A stretch of 64,000 nucleotides of DNA from a virus. Lineage: Duplodnaviria; Heunggongvirae; Uroviricota; Caudoviricetes. Below are positions 19,500 through 30,033 of this stretch, one piece after another. The notes below the pieces were generated by a model. That model did no database searches. It was given only the letters and a program-made list of their open reading frames with translations, and was not told the origin of the DNA. Position 1 is the stretch's first letter; each line of letters opens with the position of its first letter. The position numbers were made by a program, and so were the translations under genes. The stretch lies in the IMG/VR virus record IMGVR_UViG_3300043399_000676; one strand, given 5' to 3'.

Positions 19500-19600
19500 A
19501 TTTTGGTAAAATCAATGCTTGACTTTATCTTGCATTGATGTTATCATTATAACTGTGCAAACGCACAATCCTTAACCCTAGCTAACGTAAAGGAAACACA

Positions 19601-20017
19601 ATGGCTAATCAAACTTTCAAAGTCGCAGGTATCACTACTCATGGTGAAGTTACTAAAGTCCGCTTTACTGACGATCTCATTCGCAGGGTAAAGCAATTTA
19701 CGAAAGGGCAAGCTTCTCGGGTCGACCTTATCGAACTTCCGAGCGCAATGTCCAAACTGGATGCACTGAAGTATCTCCAATCTCACGAAATGTTTCAATC
19801 TCCTGACGATCAGGCTGTCATCTCTGACGCTATTGCCGATCGAGAACCTTCTCCCAAGAAAGAAAAGAAAGTCAAAGAGGTGAAGGTTAAAGTCTCTAAA
19901 AAAGAGAAACCCAGCCTTGATGCTATCAAAGCTCGTGGTAAAAAAGCAGATGTAACTGCTGAGGATCTGGTCGCAGTAGCGGCTGAACAATCCGAAGCAG
20001 AACCTGATGCCGTGTAA
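19601..20017 (+). CDS. hypothetical protein with Lys-rich tail
   Basis: AAGGA SD, upstream promoter, downstream terminator. Confidence 0.75.
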   Translation: MANQTFKVAGITTHGEVTKVRFTDDLIRRVKQFTKGQASRVDLIELPSAMSKLDALKYLQSHEMFQSPDDQAVISDAIADREPSPKKEKKVKEVKVKVSKKEKPSLDAIKARGKKADVTAEDLVAVAAEQSEAEPDAV

Positions 20018-20037
20018 AACAACCTCTCTCAAAATAC

Positions 20038-20065
20038 AAACCGCTCATTTGAGCGGTTTATTTTT
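20038..20065 (+). terminator. Rho-independent terminator between convergent genes
   Basis: AAACCGCTC-ATTT-GAGCGGTTT followed by ATTTTT. Confidence 0.75.
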
Positions 20066-20067
20066 GG

Positions 20068-21117
20068 TTAAAAAGTGTACCACCTGTTCGCGCCAGCAAA
20101 CGAGAATTCTACTCTAGCATTGCCTGCCATCGGGAATCCACTGTTTATAGGTAGCGCATTTATGTAGTGACTAGTAGGAGGGTAGACACTCAGTACATTA
20201 GCAGAGGTGTTGACTATCTTAACTGAGAATCCTACTCCCTCTGGTGGCATCACCGGAAGTTTTACTCCATTGTTGGTAGCAGAAACAATAGATACGATAT
20301 TTAAATGTTTTGTCAGTTCAAGTGCGGTCGATGCAGTTGTTCCGTTTGCTGTTATTCCTGTTGCTGCACCGTATACTGGAAAATTGATATCTGAGGTTAT
20401 AGTATTGGCGCCTGGTGAAGAAAATATCGCCATTGAATTACTATATAGACCTATTGTAGGTACTGCCATTGATACAGTTACCTCTCCACTCGTACCAGAC
20501 AATACCACCCCAGTGCCTTGTCTAAGCCTGGTTACCCCTGTATTAGTGATCACTATATTTCCAGATGAGGTGACTGGACTTCCCTCAACTGCAATTCCAG
20601 CGCCGCCGGACACTTGGATCGATGTCACTGTACCTACTGATTCTGTACTAGTTGCAGATAGAATCCTACCATACTTATCAACGACGATAGTAGGTGCCGT
20701 GTAAGTTGCCTCTACTACACCTGTCTCTGGCAAGTTGACATTGATGTTCCCTTCACTGATTACCGGGGATCCAGTGACATTCAAGGTGTTAGAATTGACA
20801 CCTACTTTAGTTACACCTGCAATTATGTTTCCACTAGAATCACCAACCACAGATATAGTCACCGTTCCGTTCGCTTGATCTAGTGAAATTCCACTACCTT
20901 GAACCAATGACAAAACGCCTGTGTTCGTTATCGTGAGAGTATCTCCATTTAAAACTGCGGATATTCCATTTCCACTCTCAAATGAAAATGCAGGATGTGC
21001 GTTAGTAAATAACGTGGTAAAGTTATTGTTAATTTTAGTGAATGCATTGAATAGCGTATCACTGTTTGATGACTGATTAGGTTGCCCTATGCTTATAACT
21101 TGTTGACCGGTGATCAT
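20068..21117 (-). CDS. putative virion structural / tail-fibre-like protein
   Basis: G/T/S/N/V-rich repeats, VDKYGRI motif, DTLFNAFTKINNNF N-terminus; late promoter. Confidence 0.65.
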   Translation of the reverse strand: MITGQQVISIGQPNQSSNSDTLFNAFTKINNNFTTLFTNAHPAFSFESGNGISAVLNGDTLTITNTGVLSLVQGSGISLDQANGTVTISVVGDSSGNIIAGVTKVGVNSNTLNVTGSPVISEGNINVNLPETGVVEATYTAPTIVVDKYGRILSATSTESVGTVTSIQVSGGAGIAVEGSPVTSSGNIVITNTGVTRLRQGTGVVLSGTSGEVTVSMAVPTIGLYSNSMAIFSSPGANTITSDINFPVYGAATGITANGTTASTALELTKHLNIVSIVSATNNGVKLPVMPPEGVGFSVKIVNTSANVLSVYPPTSHYINALPINSGFPMAGNARVEFSFAGANRWYTF

Positions 21118-21144
21118 ATAAAAACCCTTGTATCTTTATTTAGC

Positions 21145-21738
21145 TCAAATACGCAAGGCAGCCTGAATGATCTTCTTATGATCAAACGCCATAGGCAAAG
21201 AAGAAATACTACTAATTGGTATCCATTTTGCCTCACTAGCGTCATCTCCTGCGACTACTGCCTCTTTTGGTATCTGAACAGTAAATGCATAACTCCAAGT
21301 GCTAGACATTCTAGGATCTCGACCGACTTCATCGAACCTGCCAACAAACTTCATTTTCGCATTTACTGTAAGTCCTGTTTCTTCTTGTAGTTCTCGATGT
21401 GCGGCTTCCTCAGGAGACTCACCTGGATCTATGAATCCACCAGGAAGCGCCCAATGTCCTGCAAAAGGATCTTTTTTTCGTTTGATCAATAGAATTTCTC
21501 TTCCAGTAGTAATTACGTTGTCTACTGTAAGCAGAAGCATTCTTAGTGCTTGGTTTCCCTTTATGACAAAGGAATAGTTATAACCAGGAGTTGGTACATC
21601 TTTTATGTTATCGGCTAATTGAATTGCTGATTGATTTTCTAATCTCACCATCCTTGTTTTTGGATCAAAACTAGTAACTTTGAAAGGGCCATCTATCCCC
21701 GGTACTGCATTCTCTACTATAAATTCATACGATCTCAT
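21145..21738 (-). CDS. Nudix hydrolase (ADP-ribose pyrophosphatase/NrtR-like)
   Basis: [28 protein letters not shown] Nudix box; RDPR, AGDDA and AFDH motifs. Confidence 0.9.
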   Translation of the reverse strand: MRSYEFIVENAVPGIDGPFKVTSFDPKTRMVRLENQSAIQLADNIKDVPTPGYNYSFVIKGNQALRMLLLTVDNVITTGREILLIKRKKDPFAGHWALPGGFIDPGESPEEAAHRELQEETGLTVNAKMKFVGRFDEVGRDPRMSSTWSYAFTVQIPKEAVVAGDDASEAKWIPISSISSLPMAFDHKKIIQAALRI

Positions 21739-22298
21739 ATATTACCTTTTAGTTTAGGTTTGCCAAATACGGTCTCAGTGATATATACTCCACCTTCAAG
21801 TTGGCGACGATATGTATCAACATCGATCATTTTCAACTTAGGATCTGAGAACAATCGTTTTAGTAAATCTTCATCAGTTACAGGTGCTAAGTTGTTCTTC
21901 TTAAAAATATGTCTCAACGCATCACTTGATTCTATCCACCATCCATCCCTGGATAATAGCTCTGTCATTTTGCTGATTGCCTTGTCTTTGCTTGGTCTTG
22001 CTCCGTCGTGGCCAATTCCTTGTATTTTGTACCCTGTCCAAGATTCGTTAGGACGGCTAATACGATAAAATATAGCAGAGTCAATGTCGGGGTCTTTGTC
22101 CCAGTCAATGACATTCCAGTCGCTTGGAATAACATCCTTCAATGAATTGACAAAACTACCTTGTGGTGTATTTGCGTATGCTGTTTTGACTAAATCGATT
22201 AGCTCATGCCCCGCTTCATGTTTGGCTGATGTAGACACCAACAATTCCCATTTATTCTTTGGAAGTTGTAGTTCTGTTATAAACTCTCTGGCTCTCAT
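21735..22298 (-). CDS. hypothetical protein, putative virion-internal
   Basis: [10 protein letters not shown]-terminal motif. Confidence 0.65.
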   Translation of the reverse strand: MRAREFITELQLPKNKWELLVSTSAKHEAGHELIDLVKTAYANTPQGSFVNSLKDVIPSDWNVIDWDKDPDIDSAIFYRISRPNESWTGYKIQGIGHDGARPSKDKAISKMTELLSRDGWWIESSDALRHIFKKNNLAPVTDEDLLKRLFSDPKLKMIDVDTYRRQLEGGVYITETVFGKPKLKGNI

Positions 22299-22849
22299 AG
22301 GCTCTTTCCCCATCTCGTGTTAACTACGTTCCAGTTCAGTATTTTCCAGTATTCATTGATATATTTTTTCTTGTCTGGTCCGTAGTCAAGAAGGAAGGCG
22401 TGTTCCCAAAGGTCAACTAGAATGAGTATGTCATCCCTAACTTCATGGTTTTTTATCTGCTTTATGTCCCCGCTGTACGAAAGGTAAAGCCATCCAGATC
22501 CTTGAACCTGCATGGCTTCTATTTCAAACTGCTCTTTGAACCCGTCCCAACTCTTAAAGTGCTTCTTAATGAAGCCTTCCATTGGGCCATTGGGCTTGTT
22601 GTTAGTTCTTACTTCACGATACTGAGTGAATAAAAGGTTGTGGAGGAAGGCGCCAGCATAATTGAAATCACTGTCGCCTTCCCCGTCATTGAACCGTTGA
22701 GCATATCGTTTGGCTAGCTTACCATAGTGTAAGTCTAGCGTATCTGAACTCATTACACCTTTAACTTCGTTTTCAGTAAAGTTAAGGTTTATGATTTCTA
22801 TGTCTTGAGACTTTGCTTTGTCCTCAAGTAAGTCTATAAATTCACGCAT
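22295..22849 (-). CDS. Fe/Mn superoxide dismutase
   Basis: LHYGK, FLHNL, QGSGW and DLWEHAFLLDY motifs. Confidence 0.88.
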   Translation of the reverse strand: MREFIDLLEDKAKSQDIEIINLNFTENEVKGVMSSDTLDLHYGKLAKRYAQRFNDGEGDSDFNYAGAFLHNLLFTQYREVRTNNKPNGPMEGFIKKHFKSWDGFKEQFEIEAMQVQGSGWLYLSYSGDIKQIKNHEVRDDILILVDLWEHAFLLDYGPDKKKYINEYWKILNWNVVNTRWGKSL

Positions 22850-22879
22850 AATGAGTATTTATCTCATCATGCGTTAACC

Positions 22880-23095
22880 TCATCTTCGTCGGGTGATTCT
22901 GCCCTTGGTCATATCGTATGGACTAAACTCTACTTCAACTGTATCGCCTAATAGTATCTTGATATCATGCTGTCGCATTTTACCTGAAATATATCCAATC
23001 ACCGTTGATCCAGTATCAAGTGTGACACGAAACATTGCATTGGGTAAAACGTCGATAACTTTACCATCAACTTTGATACCTTCTTCCTTAGCCAT
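22880..23095 (-). CDS. infA: translation initiation factor IF-1
   Basis: [24 protein letters not shown]...SGKMR...[10 protein letters not shown]. Confidence 0.95.
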   Translation of the reverse strand: MAKEEGIKVDGKVIDVLPNAMFRVTLDTGSTVIGYISGKMRQHDIKILLGDTVEVEFSPYDMTKGRITRRR

Positions 23096-23107
23096 TATAA
23101 ATCCCAG

Positions 23108-23515
23108 TCATTTTTGTAGAGCCTTCCATATTTTTTCCTTTTCTAAAATTTCTTTCTCTAACTCTTGGTACTGCTTTCTTAGATTTCTCAAGTCTTCCCA
23201 CCTAGACTCAAGTTCTTCGTTGGGGGTTAGAATGCCCAATCGTTCTTCGATCTTTTCAAGGGTTTCCATTATGGATTTCCCTTTGATACTTACATCTCCA
23301 TTGAATATAGAATCCCCATTAACTGTCAAGGGAGACCTATCCCATGTGGTATCTGAATAGATAGAGAAATTACCAGTATTAGATAACGTTGTGTCAGTTA
23401 TGGACCATGTCCCGGTACTCAAACTCGTATTTAGTATACTTATTGAATCCATGTCGTCCGCAAGATCGTCTGAAAAATCTAAGTCTAGATACAATTGATC
23501 ATCTTCATCATTCAT
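23108..23515 (-). CDS. hypothetical protein
   Basis: 135 aa with C-terminal coiled coil. Confidence 0.65.
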   Translation of the reverse strand: MNDEDDQLYLDLDFSDDLADDMDSISILNTSLSTGTWSITDTTLSNTGNFSIYSDTTWDRSPLTVNGDSIFNGDVSIKGKSIMETLEKIEERLGILTPNEELESRWEDLRNLRKQYQELEKEILEKEKIWKALQK

Positions 23516-23682
23516 TTATCTGTCACCTTAGATAAAATATAACGCCCTTTGTCATCGATGTCAATAGAAATTTCATCTCCTTCTACCCAACCTAGTTGTT
23601 CTAGCAAAATGGGAGGAATAGGTAACAAAAGGTCACCGTTACTGTCTTCTTGTGTTATCACACCATAGGTAGTTTTTTGCAT
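23512..23682 (-). CDS. AbrB/MazE/SpoVT-like DNA-binding protein (56 aa; not in ORF track)
   Basis: QEDSNGDLLLPIPPILLEQLGWVEGDEI. Confidence 0.65.
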   Translation of the reverse strand: MQKTTYGVITQEDSNGDLLLPIPPILLEQLGWVEGDEISIDIDDKGRYILSKVTDK

Positions 23683-23912
23683 ATATTGTGCTTTGTTCTT
23701 TTTAGTAGAATCATTAAATACAACACAATGAATTGTAATTTACCCACAAAACTCAAGCGTTGTATAAGGGTGACATTTAAAAAATTTCTTCACCTAATCT
23801 CCGTATGGTTTTTGATGCGAACTGCAATTATCATATGTATAATGATATTTATGATACTTGACTTTGCTAGGGAAAAAGCATTAGAACTTGTTATGAAAAT
23901 TTATCCCTGAAG

Positions 23913-24110
23913 CTATCGTTTCCAAACTAAAAAAGAAACGTAGTCTTTTTCAGATGCAAATCTAAATTCGTAAGTGCCAGCTTTTTCTCCAGCGTAGTCT
24001 TCTACATTGAACGTCCATTCATTAGCGCAATTATCCTTGCACCATTGCATAACATTTTTAAGATCACCATATTTTATGTCAATCTTAGTATGATATGGTT
24101 TATTCTGCAC
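23913..24110 (-). CDS. hypothetical protein
   Basis: Coupled ORF. Confidence 0.6.
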   Translation of the reverse strand: MQNKPYHTKIDIKYGDLKNVMQWCKDNCANEWTFNVEDYAGEKAGTYEFRFASEKDYVSFLVWKR

Positions 24111-24618
24111 GATGAATGACTTCTACATTGCTTTTAGCAAGAAAATCCAAACCCTCAGTACTTCTGTATTGATTACGATAAAAAACACGCTTAATGCCAG
24201 AGGCATGAATTAACTTTGCACATTCAATGCAAGGTGCGTGAGTGCAAAACAAATCTGCATCTTCTCCGGATTCGTGAGATTTTGCCAGCTTTCCAATGGC
24301 GTTTAGTTCAGCGTGGAGAACTTCAGGTTTGGTCTTAAGCCGATATCTAAAAATAGGCGAGTTATCCTCATCTGAATATTCAACCAAAGGATATTCTTCT
24401 TTTGCCCCAGCAAAATAGTTTCCATTCAAATCTTTTGAAAGGCATATTTCTTTCGATTCGCAATTGTTATCCCAACCTGCAGGCATCCCATTATACCCAA
24501 TGCTTATGATTCTGTTATCTTTAACAATTACCGCACCTACTTGCAATCTAACCGCATGACTAAGTTTACTTGTCAACTCTGCGATAGACATATATAGGTT
24601 TATAAACTTTTCTTTCAT
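24100..24618 (-). CDS. dCMP deaminase
   Basis: QVGAVIV, GYNG, HAELNAI and PCIECAK motifs. Confidence 0.9.
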   Translation of the reverse strand: MKEKFINLYMSIAELTSKLSHAVRLQVGAVIVKDNRIISIGYNGMPAGWDNNCESKEICLSKDLNGNYFAGAKEEYPLVEYSDEDNSPIFRYRLKTKPEVLHAELNAIGKLAKSHESGEDADLFCTHAPCIECAKLIHASGIKRVFYRNQYRSTEGLDFLAKSNVEVIHRAE

Positions 24619-24851
24619 AGATCCTTAACATATCCCATTGATTTTATGTGATCTTTTGTAGCTTCTGTAGACAACCCCAAATCCAATATCCCATCCTCAA
24701 TTCCAAATCTTTTCGAAAAGGCAGTTCCAAATTTTTCACCTTTTAGTAAGTTGAAAAGGAAATCTCTACAAAATTCATCGTATTCTGCCCTTGAGATCGT
24801 TTTCTCAACCTTGGGTTTTGATGTTCTTACCATCCAGACAAAGGGGTCCAT
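24615..24851 (-). CDS. hypothetical protein
   Basis: Coupled ORF. Confidence 0.6.
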   Translation of the reverse strand: MDPFVWMVRTSKPKVEKTISRAEYDEFCRDFLFNLLKGEKFGTAFSKRFGIEDGILDLGLSTEATKDHIKSMGYVKDL

Positions 24852-25202
24852 TTAGTTACTCTTTGCTAGATGACTAACGTCTTTGATACAACCGTTCTCA
24901 AACCAAAATAGTTTATCAGAAGGTCCTACGATTCCTGCAATACTTGTTACTTTAGATAACGGTTCTGACAGTTCTTCCATGGTTTTGGCTTGGCAAATGA
25001 ACGTTCCTTCTTTGTTATAAAGAAAGTAGTTATCGTTCATTTGCTCAAGTGTGTAGATTGAAACATCTGATGGATCTTTTTCCGTTTTTTGTTCTAGCTC
25101 TTTGATAAATACATCCTTAAACCTATATACGATGGATAGTTCACCAAGAACCCACCCAATGATAAAAGAAACTACAATACAACCAACTAAGATAATATCC
25201 AT
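24852..25202 (-). CDS. hypothetical protein with N-terminal TM segment
   Basis: Hydrophobic N-terminus. Confidence 0.6.
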   Translation of the reverse strand: MDIILVGCIVVSFIIGWVLGELSIVYRFKDVFIKELEQKTEKDPSDVSIYTLEQMNDNYFLYNKEGTFICQAKTMEELSEPLSKVTSIAGIVGPSDKLFWFENGCIKDVSHLAKSN

Positions 25203-25238
25203 AAATGTTTCAACCTTGGAAAACTATGTCTCTATTTA

Positions 25239-25487
25239 TTAGAGACTAGCTGCTAATGCACGATATCCTGCTGCAATTAGCTCACGAGAAGGAGTCACCA
25301 ATTCATACTTTGTAGTGATTCTACCCTTTGAATCAGTGTATTGGTTAGTGTCGATAGCATAGCCACTGTACCTAAGATTACTAATAGTTGCAGTAGGATT
25401 TGCAATTTTAAATCGTGCGGCAATTTGCTTTGCAGTCAGTTTTTCACCCGAAGTTAGTGCTTCTAATAGACGTTGTTGTTTGTTCAT
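25239..25487 (-). CDS. winged HTH DNA-binding protein
   Basis: LTAKQIAARFKIANPTATISNLRYSGY. Confidence 0.7.
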   Translation of the reverse strand: MNKQQRLLEALTSGEKLTAKQIAARFKIANPTATISNLRYSGYAIDTNQYTDSKGRITTKYELVTPSRELIAAGYRALAASL

Positions 25488-25564
25488 AAAAATTCCTTTC
25501 TATATAAATGTCTACTTCTCAGTAGAGTGATACTATTATATAGAAAGTGAGAATCATTTTCAAA

Positions 25565-25948
25565 CTATTTGGATGCCACAGACGTAATGTGCTTGCATGA
25601 CTTTCTCCATTGAAAGCCCTGACAAGTGCAAGTATACGAACCTTTAGCGCGGGTAACAGTATAACTGTCGCCCTTTGACCCCTTGACGTTGAACACTTGA
25701 ACATCGTCAGGAACATCGGTAGCAGAACCACTAATCAGTTGCAGGTCAGTAACGTTTTCGACTGCAATGACACGAATCGGAAAGTCTGCATCACCAGTGA
25801 TGCAGAACTCGCCTGCTTTAACCCATTTGTAGGGTTTGACAACTTTACCAGTGTACTCGATAAAGTCGGGTTGAGGGGGAAACATCTTAGGACCTTGCGA
25901 ATACCTAACACGGATTTTGACTTGACTATCAACAGTAGGAATCTTCAC
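25565..25948 (-). CDS. SWIM zinc-finger protein
   Basis: YTVT...CTCQGFQWRKSCKH. Confidence 0.75.
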   Translation of the reverse strand: MKIPTVDSQVKIRVRYSQGPKMFPPQPDFIEYTGKVVKPYKWVKAGEFCITGDADFPIRVIAVENVTDLQLISGSATDVPDDVQVFNVKGSKGDSYTVTRAKGSYTCTCQGFQWRKSCKHITSVASK

Positions 25949-26340
25949 GAATCATCCTCTTCACAGAAATAACGAAAGTCCTCCCAGCTACCCGAAAACA
26001 TCAGATTTTTGGGATTTTTTACTTCGACACGTTTTTTATAGATATGATATTCGAAGTCTTGCCAATGATCTGATCCTGGATTGCAATGAACGATATAGAC
26101 ACCGCCAACCCCTTGTTTTTGGTGTGCAATCAGTTGTGCAGCAAGGCATCCCATTCCATTAGCTACGATACCTGACTCATCACCAGGAGAAAATCCGTTG
26201 ACGATATCGATAGGTTGAAGGAACTTTGCAATGTCCGCACCTAGCCCAGATGGATAACCATCGTACTGATAGTACATACATACTAATGGGCGAGGTTTAT
26301 CTTCATCCGAATAAATATAAACCAATGCTCTAGTGCCCAA
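25945..26340 (-). CDS. hypothetical phage protein
   Basis: MGTRA...YDGYP...NGMGCLAAQL; GGAG SD and upstream promoter. Confidence 0.7.
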   Translation of the reverse strand: MGTRALVYIYSDEDKPRPLVCMYYQYDGYPSGLGADIAKFLQPIDIVNGFSPGDESGIVANGMGCLAAQLIAHQKQGVGGVYIVHCNPGSDHWQDFEYHIYKKRVEVKNPKNLMFSGSWEDFRYFCEEDDS

Positions 26341-26403
26341 AATTGATCTCCTACGAACTGTAGATTACAGTATAGTACAAATAGGAATTGTTGTCAACCG
26401 AAT

Positions 26404-26997
26404 TTAGACTCTTTTTGCCAGAATGGCGTCTGCTAGTCCATATTCTACTGCTTCGGCTGCTGACAGGAAATAATCACGATCCATATCTCGTTCAAGTTCT
26501 GCAAAGGACTTACCTTTCGTGTTGTGTTGAACGTAAATCTCAGTTAAAAGTTTTTTCAACTTCATGATTTCCTTGTATGAAATTTCGATGTCACTAGCCA
26601 TACCTCGTGCGCCGCCACTAGGCTGATGAATCATTGTCCTAGAGTTGGGTAGAACGTAGCGTTTGCCTTTTGCACCTGCTTGTGCTAAAAGACTTCCCAT
26701 CGAACATGCTTGTCCGATCACAATGGTTGATACATCGGGCTTGATGAACTGCATAGTGTCATAAATTGCCATGCCCGCAGTAACTACTCCACCTGGCGAG
26801 TTGATATATAAATTGATGTCCTTAGTTGAATCTTCGCTTTCTAGAAAAAGCAGTTGAGCAACAATTAGGTTAGCCATATGGTCATCGATTGGACCTTCTA
26901 ACATAATAAGACGATCCCGCATTAACCTTGAATAAAGGTCATAACTGCGTTCACCACGGGAAGTTTGTTCGACTACGATAGGTACTAGACTTGACAT
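26404..26997 (-). CDS. clpP: ATP-dependent Clp protease proteolytic subunit
   Basis: YINSPGG, ACSMGS, MIHQP and DRDYFLSA motifs. Confidence 0.95.
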   Translation of the reverse strand: MSSLVPIVVEQTSRGERSYDLYSRLMRDRLIMLEGPIDDHMANLIVAQLLFLESEDSTKDINLYINSPGGVVTAGMAIYDTMQFIKPDVSTIVIGQACSMGSLLAQAGAKGKRYVLPNSRTMIHQPSGGARGMASDIEISYKEIMKLKKLLTEIYVQHNTKGKSFAELERDMDRDYFLSAAEAVEYGLADAILAKRV

Positions 26998-27050
26998 AAG
27001 ATCTCCTTGAAAACTATATTATACAGGTTGTTTTCAAGGAGATCAACAGA

Positions 27051-28574
27051 TTACTTGCGTTTTTCTCTACCAACCGACTTTGATTTTTCCCGTTTGCCTA
27101 ACATTGGGTCAACTATTCGGGTAGCTATGTCGGCTAAAGGCTCAGATGGTTCAGATATTTCAGGATCACTATTAGGTACGTTTGCTGGTTTGTCAGAACC
27201 TTTGTCAATCTTGAAAGTTAGATTCCCGTTTATACCAGTGCTATAGTGCGTTTTATCCGCAGTCAAGTAAACACCCTTGATGTTATTGCTAGGGTACACT
27301 GCGTCGAACTTTTGCAAAGTCCATTCAGCTTTGCTTTTAGTGGCCTTGGTATATACTTGAACTAGCGCACTATTGTTTAGTATTTCGGCGGCAGCTTTAC
27401 TAAAGTTAGTGTTTTCATTTACTTCACGAACCGCCTTATGGGCGATTGCAGCTAGTAAGTGATGAAACAAAGAGACATTATCGGTGTTATTTTTTAACGT
27501 CCTTTCTTTTGCTAACTTCCTTAACCTAGGAGTAAGCAACCTTAACTTATCTAAGTTCTCTAAGTTTATTGGAGATTGTCCTTTTAAAGAACGGACAATC
27601 TCTGCCTCTTCTTCACTAATTACTTTGAACTTGACTCCTAAAAATAAAGGAGAATTAGCCTGCCCCTGATTTTTTATTTCTTCGATAAGTTCAATTACCT
27701 CTCTATGCTTTTTAAGTAGACGATTTCCTCTCTCTGTAAGCTTGAGTTCTTCGATACTGTCGAGAATATTAGAAACACTAGCAGTAGCTCCTTTTCCTCC
27801 CTTGCTACTTACCTTGATTTGCCTTCCATCAGGCAACTCTAAAACCGAATCACTCAATCCTGCTGTTTTTGAGGAGTCGAATGAGATAGTTGCACCTTCT
27901 ACTGACCCATCAAAAAATAGATCAATCGCTTCTTGAGCGTTTCCAGTAGTTAGCCCGTTTAAAATTGCAATGGGCTGAAGAATTTCACAGAAATAGTCCC
28001 TAAATGCAGTAAAGCTGACCTCTTCTTCTTCTGGTGCATTGAAGGACAAAGGAAGCTCTTCGCCCAATGCTACACGATGAGCAACGTAGTAAAGAGGGCT
28101 ATCAGTTCCTAATTTGCTGACAGCAAGTTGATTCATTACATCAGCAATACTTAAATCAATACGATTAGTCAAAAGATCCTGAGGAGTTAAACCAGATTGT
28201 GATTTAACTGCTGACTTTGACGCTAAACTGTAATCACCGACTTTGTTAGGAAATGCATTGGCTGTTTTTAATGGGTTGATCTTTTGAAGGAATCTACCAA
28301 ACAAAACTTCATTTCCATCCTCGTCTGTAAAACTTGCAATACCAAATCCTCCCATACCAGCAGTCAAGTTGTTTTCCCAAGTTATATCTAAGAATTGACT
28401 TACCGCTTCTTCCATGTCTTCAGGGGAAAATTTTCCTCCCCCTTCAGGATAGAATTCTATATTGTTAAACGTTAATTGTTTCCCCTCTGGGTTCTTGAAG
28501 ACATCACCTGGCTTTCTATTAGCCATTCCTTTGCTTTCAACAAGCAGGTCTAAAATATTCATTAAATCACGCAT
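27051..28574 (-). CDS. large hypothetical late protein, possible PD-(D/E)xK fold
   Basis: TAAATA promoter; FCEIL...GLSDSVL...IKVSSKG. Confidence 0.6.
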   Translation of the reverse strand: MRDLMNILDLLVESKGMANRKPGDVFKNPEGKQLTFNNIEFYPEGGGKFSPEDMEEAVSQFLDITWENNLTAGMGGFGIASFTDEDGNEVLFGRFLQKINPLKTANAFPNKVGDYSLASKSAVKSQSGLTPQDLLTNRIDLSIADVMNQLAVSKLGTDSPLYYVAHRVALGEELPLSFNAPEEEEVSFTAFRDYFCEILQPIAILNGLTTGNAQEAIDLFFDGSVEGATISFDSSKTAGLSDSVLELPDGRQIKVSSKGGKGATASVSNILDSIEELKLTERGNRLLKKHREVIELIEEIKNQGQANSPLFLGVKFKVISEEEAEIVRSLKGQSPINLENLDKLRLLTPRLRKLAKERTLKNNTDNVSLFHHLLAAIAHKAVREVNENTNFSKAAAEILNNSALVQVYTKATKSKAEWTLQKFDAVYPSNNIKGVYLTADKTHYSTGINGNLTFKIDKGSDKPANVPNSDPEISEPSEPLADIATRIVDPMLGKREKSKSVGREKRK

Positions 28575-28594
28575 AGTGAACTATTTATCTAAAG

Positions 28595-29056
28595 TTAAAC
28601 TTTAAAAAAGTTCTGGTGCTCAAACCATTTTTTGGCGCAATAGCTTATTTTTAGAGGGATATTATGCACAAGCATTCGTTCTTTAAACGAGAAGAAAGTA
28701 GGGCCATGATTCATGAAATCTTTTTTCCCTTTCGTTGGTCCTAGTATCTCATATTGATATTGGTGACATAACTCATGTGCGAGGATCATAAGAGTCCATT
28801 GAGGACAAAACCATTTATCAGACAGCGTTATTTGACAATTTTGATTACCAAAGCACATTCCCCAATATCCTCTACATCTTGTCCTTAGTTGTATACTAGG
28901 TGTTGAGAGTTCCGAATTGAATATGGTTTGGTTCAGCAGTTCAAACATATGAAAGATATCTTTGTACTCGGGTCTATACTTTCTTCTGTATTGATCTGTT
29001 TTAGGGGGCAACGGAGAACTCATTATTTCTTTCAAATTCATCGATTGGATCATCAA
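28595..29056 (-). CDS. SprT-like zinc metalloprotease
   Basis: LNQTIFNSEL, LAHELCH and HGPTF motifs. Confidence 0.8.
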   Translation of the reverse strand: MMIQSMNLKEIMSSPLPPKTDQYRRKYRPEYKDIFHMFELLNQTIFNSELSTPSIQLRTRCRGYWGMCFGNQNCQITLSDKWFCPQWTLMILAHELCHQYQYEILGPTKGKKDFMNHGPTFFSFKERMLVHNIPLKISYCAKKWFEHQNFFKV

Positions 29057-29104
29057 ATATTTATATAGAGGGAACGAAAAATAAATAGTTTACAAGGAGA
29101 AAAC

Positions 29105-29338
29105 ATGTTTAAATTTATCAAGAAGTTTTTCGAGAAAAAAGAGCAATCACAGGATGAGTTAGCACCCTATAAGATCGAGCCACCGCCTGTAGCTGCACCT
29201 TCCCCAGTTGAAGCGGAAAGTAAGCCTCCTAGAAAAAGAAGAACCACAGTTGCGAAGCAACCGACTAAACCTGAACCTTCAAAGCCGAAAGCAATGAAGC
29301 CAAGAACACCAAAGAAACCAAAAGCTACCGAAAAATGA
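29105..29338 (+). CDS. Pro/Lys-rich hypothetical protein
   Basis: AAGGAG SD and TAAATA promoter. Confidence 0.6.
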   Translation: MFKFIKKFFEKKEQSQDELAPYKIEPPPVAAPSPVEAESKPPRKRRTTVAKQPTKPEPSKPKAMKPRTPKKPKATEK

Positions 29339-30033
29339 AATTGGGATTCGATGTTATTAGCGACCTGTACTTAACCGACAACTCATTTGATTGGGACGGA
29401 AAAGTAACAAGTCTATTTTGTTTAGTATGTGGAAATATAAGCAATGACCTTAGTATAGTTGATGATGTACTGACTAAGTTAAGTAAAGTTTATAACAAGG
29501 TATTCTTCATTGAAGGTTCTTTGGAGCACAAAGATTTGTTCAATCATATGGGAACTATTACGACAATTGAACAGATATGCAGTAATCTAGAAAACGTGAT
29601 ATATCTTTATGACAACGTAGCTATCCTAAATGGAATTGCGATTGTAGGATGCAATGGTTGGTATGGAAACGTAGTAGTAAATGAGGATGAAGATAGTCTC
29701 CTAAATTTAAGTATGCTAAACTTTCAAGATTTGGTATACCTAACCAACACTATAAAGAAACTTCAACTATATAACGATGTAGAACAGATTATAGTAGTTA
29801 CTAGTAGTATACCGAGTAAAGGAGTTTGTCTTGAAGACAACGGTGATCTTTCTGATTTAGCACCGTATCCTGCATTTAGTTTAACCTTCGATACGGAACA
29901 TAAGGTTTCTACTTGGGTGTTTGGATCATACGATAAAATGATAAACGCCATCGGAGACGATGGCGTTAAGTATGTAAACAATGGGTGTTTTAATGCAAAC
30001 CCATATTGGGCAAAGCGAATAGAGTTAGATTAA
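29335..30033 (+). CDS. degenerate calcineurin-like metallophosphoesterase
   Basis: ISDLY, CGNI, EGSLEH and WVFGS correspond to altered DxH, GD, GNHE and GHxH motifs. Confidence 0.6.
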   Translation: MKLGFDVISDLYLTDNSFDWDGKVTSLFCLVCGNISNDLSIVDDVLTKLSKVYNKVFFIEGSLEHKDLFNHMGTITTIEQICSNLENVIYLYDNVAILNGIAIVGCNGWYGNVVVNEDEDSLLNLSMLNFQDLVYLTNTIKKLQLYNDVEQIIVVTSSIPSKGVCLEDNGDLSDLAPYPAFSLTFDTEHKVSTWVFGSYDKMINAIGDDGVKYVNNGCFNANPYWAKRIELD

